64,000 bases of DNA from the NCBI RefSeq assembly GCF_001194135.2, contig NC_068984.1, positions 142,539,908 through 142,603,907 on the forward strand, given 5' to 3'. A program made the translations under genes and the position numbers. Under the pieces are notes generated by a model. That model saw only the letters and a list, made by a program, of their open reading frames with translations, searched no databases and had not been told where the DNA came from. The stretch is from Octopus bimaculoides. Lineage: Eukaryota. Shown piece by piece: positions 63,760-64,000 of this stretch; position 1 is the first letter of the stretch, and each line of letters begins with the position of its first letter.

Positions 63760-63970
63760 GGTTCAAAAGTTTGGTACAGGGCCAGCAAGCTCGGAGTAGG
63801 GGGCAAGTCGATTAAATCAATACCAGTGCTGAACTGGTATTGATTTTCTCGAACTCCTCCAGCACCAAAGGATGAAAAGCAAAGTGGATTTCGGCAGAAT
63901 CCATAGACAAACAAAAAGCAGCGACGCATTTTTTTCCCGGCATGCTAAACATTCTGCCAGCCAGTCACCT
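63760..63970 (-). mobile_element. SINE family A, diverged
   Basis: caagtcgattaaatcaataccagtgctgaactggta...ggatgaaaagcaaagtgga...ccgggcatgctaaacattctgccagc. Confidence 0.75.
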
Positions 63971-64000
63971 TAACTATTCAGAAATACTGGATTCAAATTT

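Overview
AT-rich eukaryotic DNA saturated with microsatellites, with 24 N-gaps totalling about 9 kb, most flanked by simple repeats. The repeat families match my recollection of octopod cephalopod (Octopus-like) repeats; this is an inference, not a search result. No intact protein-coding gene, RNA gene or CRISPR array can be supported. Almost all long ORFs in the supplied track are artefacts of microsatellites or N-runs. Supported content: many copies of three tRNA-type SINE families (here called A, B and C); decayed LINE pieces (three R4/Dong-type restriction-like-endonuclease tails and RTE-type pieces); two mariner remnants, one keeping both TIRs; a Merlin/ISXO2-like transposase N-terminus; a small MITE; and a possible piggyBac-type MITE. 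Best leads: (i) two minus-strand candidate exons (24653-24692 and 19111-19216) that splice in phase into a degenerate cadherin-like peptide, suggesting the window lies within a large-intron gene; (ii) the Merlin-like remnant; (iii) closely spaced inverted SINE pairs that could form dsRNA. I found no convincing evidence of a new biological system. Repeat boundaries are approximate, and exon calls are low confidence because strong-looking splice sites occur by chance here.
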